Origin: Escherichia phage Vec13 | DNA length: 39,747 bases | Sequence record: NC_048023.1 | Reading direction: 5' to 3' (one strand) | Part shown: piece after piece, positions 37,042 through 39,747 of the stretch | Layout of the letters: each line of letters opens with the position of its first letter | Numbering within the stretch: the stretch's first letter is position 1 | Notes under the pieces: generated by a model | Databases searched by the model: none | The model's input: only the letters and a program-made list of their open reading frames with translations | What the model was told of the DNA's origin: nothing | Made by a program: the position numbers and the translations under genes

Positions 37042-38801
37042 GTAAAGATTTAGTGGCGCGTCAGGCGCTAATGACTGCCCGTATGAAGGCAGACTTCGTG
37101 TTCTTCCTGTTCGTCCTGTGGAAAGCTCTGTCACTACCAGTCCCGACTCGCTGTCAGATTGACATGGCGAAGAAACTATCGGCTGGGGACAACAGGCGTT
37201 TCATCCTACAGGCGTTCCGTGGTATCGGGAAGTCATTCATTACGTGCGCATTCGTGGTATGGAAACTGTGGAACAACCCAGACTTGAAGTTCATGATTGT
37301 GTCGGCCTCAAAGGAACGAGCCGATGCAAACTCCATCTTCATCAAGCGAATCATCGACCTCATGCCTCAGCTTCGGGAACTCAAACCTAAGCAGGGGCAG
37401 CGAGATGCGGTTATCAGCTTCGACGTTGGACCAGCCAAGCCAGACCACTCACCTTCGGTTAAGTCCGTTGGTATCACTGGTCAGTTGACTGGTAGTCGTG
37501 CTGACATCCTGATTGCCGATGACGTGGAGGTTCCGAACAACTCAGCGACTCAGGCTGCCCGAGACCGTCTGTCAGAGCTTGTGAAAGAGTTCGACGCTAT
37601 CCTGAAGCCGGGAGGTACAATCATCTATCTGGGTACTCCTCAGAACGAGATGACCTTGTATCGTGAGCTGGAAGGCCGTGGGTACACCACTACTATCTGG
37701 CCTGCTCGTTATCCACGCGACAGGAAGGACTGGCAGTCTTACGGCGACCGTCTGGCTCCAATGCTTCAGGCAGAGCTTGAAGAGGACCCTGAGTCATTCT
37801 ACTGGCGTCCGACTGATGAAGTACGCTTCGATGATACGGACCTTAAGGAACGTGAGCTGTCATATGGTAAGGCTGGCTTCGCTCTACAGTTCATGCTTAA
37901 CCCGAACCTTAGTGATGCCGAGAAGTACCCACTGAAGCTCCGTGACCTTATCGTAGCGGACTTGGACCCAGCGTCCAGCCCAATGGTCTACCAATGGTTA
38001 CCGAACCCTCAGAACAAGCGTGAGGACGTTCCTAACGTTGGACTCATGGGTGACTCGTACCACACGTATCAGACTGTAGGTTCTGCCTTCAGCTCATACA
38101 CCCAGAAGATTCTGGTCATTGACCCTAGTGGTCGTGGTAAGGATGAAACTGGCTATGCGGTACTGTACCAGCTTAATGGCTACATCTTCGCTATGGAAGT
38201 TGGTGGTATGCGTGGTGGTTATGAAGACTCTACGCTTGAAGCACTGGCTAAGATTGGTCGTAAGTGGAAGGTCAACGAATACGTCATTGAGGGTAACTTC
38301 GGTGATGGTATGTACCTTGAGCTATTCAAGCCTGTAGCGGCCCGTATCCATCCTGCGGCTGTAACTGAAGTGAAGAGTAAGGGTCAGAAAGAACTCCGCA
38401 TCTGTGACGTTCTGGAGCCTATCATGGGGTCTCACCGACTTATCGTTAACGCTGCTGCTATCGTTCAAGACTACCAGTCAGCCTCTGATAAGGATGGTGT
38501 TCGTAACCCTATCTACTCTCTCTTCTACCAGATGACACGTATATCTCGTGAACGTGGAGCCTTGGCACACGATGACCGACTTGATGCTCTGGCTATCGGT
38601 GTACAGTTCTTCGTGGAGTCTATGGCTAAGGATGCCAACAAGGGCGAACGTGAAGTCACTGAGGAGTGGCTGGAGGAACAGATGGAGAACCCACGGAAAG
38701 GCTTCGAGTCCATCCACACTGAGTTCTGGGACAATGGGGTCCGGGTAACTCACGATGTGGACGACGTGCTGGGACTAGGGTCCTACGTTACGTTCCACTA
38801 G
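37038..38801 (+). CDS. Terminase large subunit (T7 gp19 homolog), TTG start
   Basis: 587 aa; [118 protein letters not shown] match T7 gp19; SD aaggagg 7 nt before TTG. Confidence 0.97.
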   Translation: MSKDLVARQALMTARMKADFVFFLFVLWKALSLPVPTRCQIDMAKKLSAGDNRRFILQAFRGIGKSFITCAFVVWKLWNNPDLKFMIVSASKERADANSIFIKRIIDLMPQLRELKPKQGQRDAVISFDVGPAKPDHSPSVKSVGITGQLTGSRADILIADDVEVPNNSATQAARDRLSELVKEFDAILKPGGTIIYLGTPQNEMTLYRELEGRGYTTTIWPARYPRDRKDWQSYGDRLAPMLQAELEEDPESFYWRPTDEVRFDDTDLKERELSYGKAGFALQFMLNPNLSDAEKYPLKLRDLIVADLDPASSPMVYQWLPNPQNKREDVPNVGLMGDSYHTYQTVGSAFSSYTQKILVIDPSGRGKDETGYAVLYQLNGYIFAMEVGGMRGGYEDSTLEALAKIGRKWKVNEYVIEGNFGDGMYLELFKPVAARIHPAAVTEVKSKGQKELRICDVLEPIMGSHRLIVNAAAIVQDYQSASDKDGVRNPIYSLFYQMTRISRERGALAHDDRLDALAIGVQFFVESMAKDANKGEREVTEEWLEEQMENPRKGFESIHTEFWDNGVRVTHDVDDVLGLGSYVTFH

Positions 38802-38895
38802 CTGAATGAATAACTATGGGTGAAAGCTGCATGAATACGCAGTTAGTAACCTATAGTTACTACCAGTCTAACCTACTGTTTTACAAGGAGTTTGG

Positions 38896-38918
38896 ACTTA
38901 ACTATCACTATAGGGAAG
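38896..38918 (+). promoter_or_regulatory. Phage RNAP promoter (phiOR-like, near right end)
   Basis: cttaACTATCACTATAGGGAagac; +1 G at 38913. Confidence 0.85.
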
Positions 38919-39097
38919 ACCCCCGGTTACTTATAGTATTACCGTAGTGAATATACATATGCAGACTTTATGCAAGACCTTAGGAGGCAGACTCCGAGTT
39001 CTTACCTAAGGCTTGCACCGATTGAAGGAGGTGATATTAATCATAATACCTCCAATACAGATAGTCACCGACCATAGATACAGGAGGTATGTAGCAT

Positions 39098-39256
39098 ATG
39101 GCAAAGACCAAAGCTGTACTTAAAGCTCTGGCGACCAATCGAGCTACATACAGGTTTCTTGCTGCTGTTCTACTTGCTGCTGGCGTTACTGCTGGAAGTC
39201 AGTGGGTCGGGTGGGTCGAGACTCTCGTATGTTCTCTGGTGTCTCAGTGTAGTTAA
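39098..39256 (+). CDS. Small hydrophobic protein (52 aa), gene 19.5 position
   Basis: SD aggagg 10 nt upstream; Ala/Leu-rich hydrophobic core; below ORF-track cutoff. Confidence 0.45.
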   Translation: MAKTKAVLKALATNRATYRFLAAVLLAAGVTAGSQWVGWVETLVCSLVSQCS

Positions 39257-39291
39257 CGCAATCATGATAACAATCAACGAAAGGAGATAGA

Positions 39292-39360
39292 ATGGACGAA
39301 GAGTCTTACGGTTCGTTCTCTGAAGAGGACTATCAGACGGAGTGGGAATACGCTCATTGA
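39292..39360 (+). CDS. Very small acidic peptide ORF (22 aa)
   Basis: SD aaggag 5 nt upstream of ATG; MDEESYGSFSEEDYQTEWEYAH; could be fortuitous. Confidence 0.2.
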   Translation: MDEESYGSFSEEDYQTEWEYAH

Positions 39361-39568
39361 AGACCTAAGGTCAGTTCATAGCTAACGCTACTCTACTGAC
39401 CTTAGCTACTGTAGTCAAGGACTTTAGGTAACACCTTAATAGAAGCTCACTTAGGGTCATCCTACTTATTGGTCTATCCTATTGTCGCCTGACCTACGGT
39501 CCTTGACCTACAGTGGCTGTGGCCTACAGTAGTGACGATGAGTTTTGGACCAAAAGTTTGAGACCACA

Positions 39569-39747
39569 TCTCACAGTTCAAGAACCTCAAGTCTCCCCAT
39601 AGGCCCTCTTTAAGTCCAGACCAAAGGCCCTACCCCAGTCTATCATAAGGTTAGACCGATGGTCAAGACTTCAGGTCAACGATAGGTGGTGACTATGGCT
39701 TAGGGAAGGACGATAGGTGGTGACTATAGGTCTGTCTTTGAGTCTCT
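39569..39747. repeat. Right direct terminal repeat (DTR), identical to 1..179
   Basis: Exact 179-nt repeat of the window start. Confidence 0.9.

Overview
The window looks like a complete linear genome of a T7-like podovirus (Autographiviridae, T7 supergroup), about 39.7 kb, bounded by 179-bp direct terminal repeats (1..179 = 39569..39747). All credible genes are on the + strand in canonical T7 order: early region with an Ocr homolog, single-subunit RNA polymerase, DNA metabolism genes (ligase, SSB, endonuclease I, amidase/lysozyme, primase-helicase, DNA polymerase, exonuclease), structural genes (portal, scaffold, capsid, tail tube, internal virion proteins, tailspike), then holin, terminase and spanins. 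Eleven copies of a phage promoter with consensus TAAACTATCACTATAGG(G/A) sit at the expected T7 positions; this core differs from T7/T3/SP6/K11 at -12..-8, implying a distinct RNAP specificity. Stem-bubble-stem hairpins resembling RNase III sites precede the early genes and three later genes. I did not see tRNAs, CRISPR arrays, an integrase or transposons. The points most worth follow-up are departures from the T7 blueprint: two unrecognised early genes upstream of ocr, no gp0.7 kinase (small membrane proteins instead), a phage promoter in front of the RNAP gene, an extra gene between endonuclease I and lysozyme, a non-T7 gene at the gp5.9 position, an HNH endonuclease, a small gene between gp11 and gp12, a replaced N-terminal domain in gp16, a pectate-lyase-like tailspike, and a capsid -1 frameshift site identical to T7's. 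All homology statements are from my recalled T7 protein sequences, not a database search.
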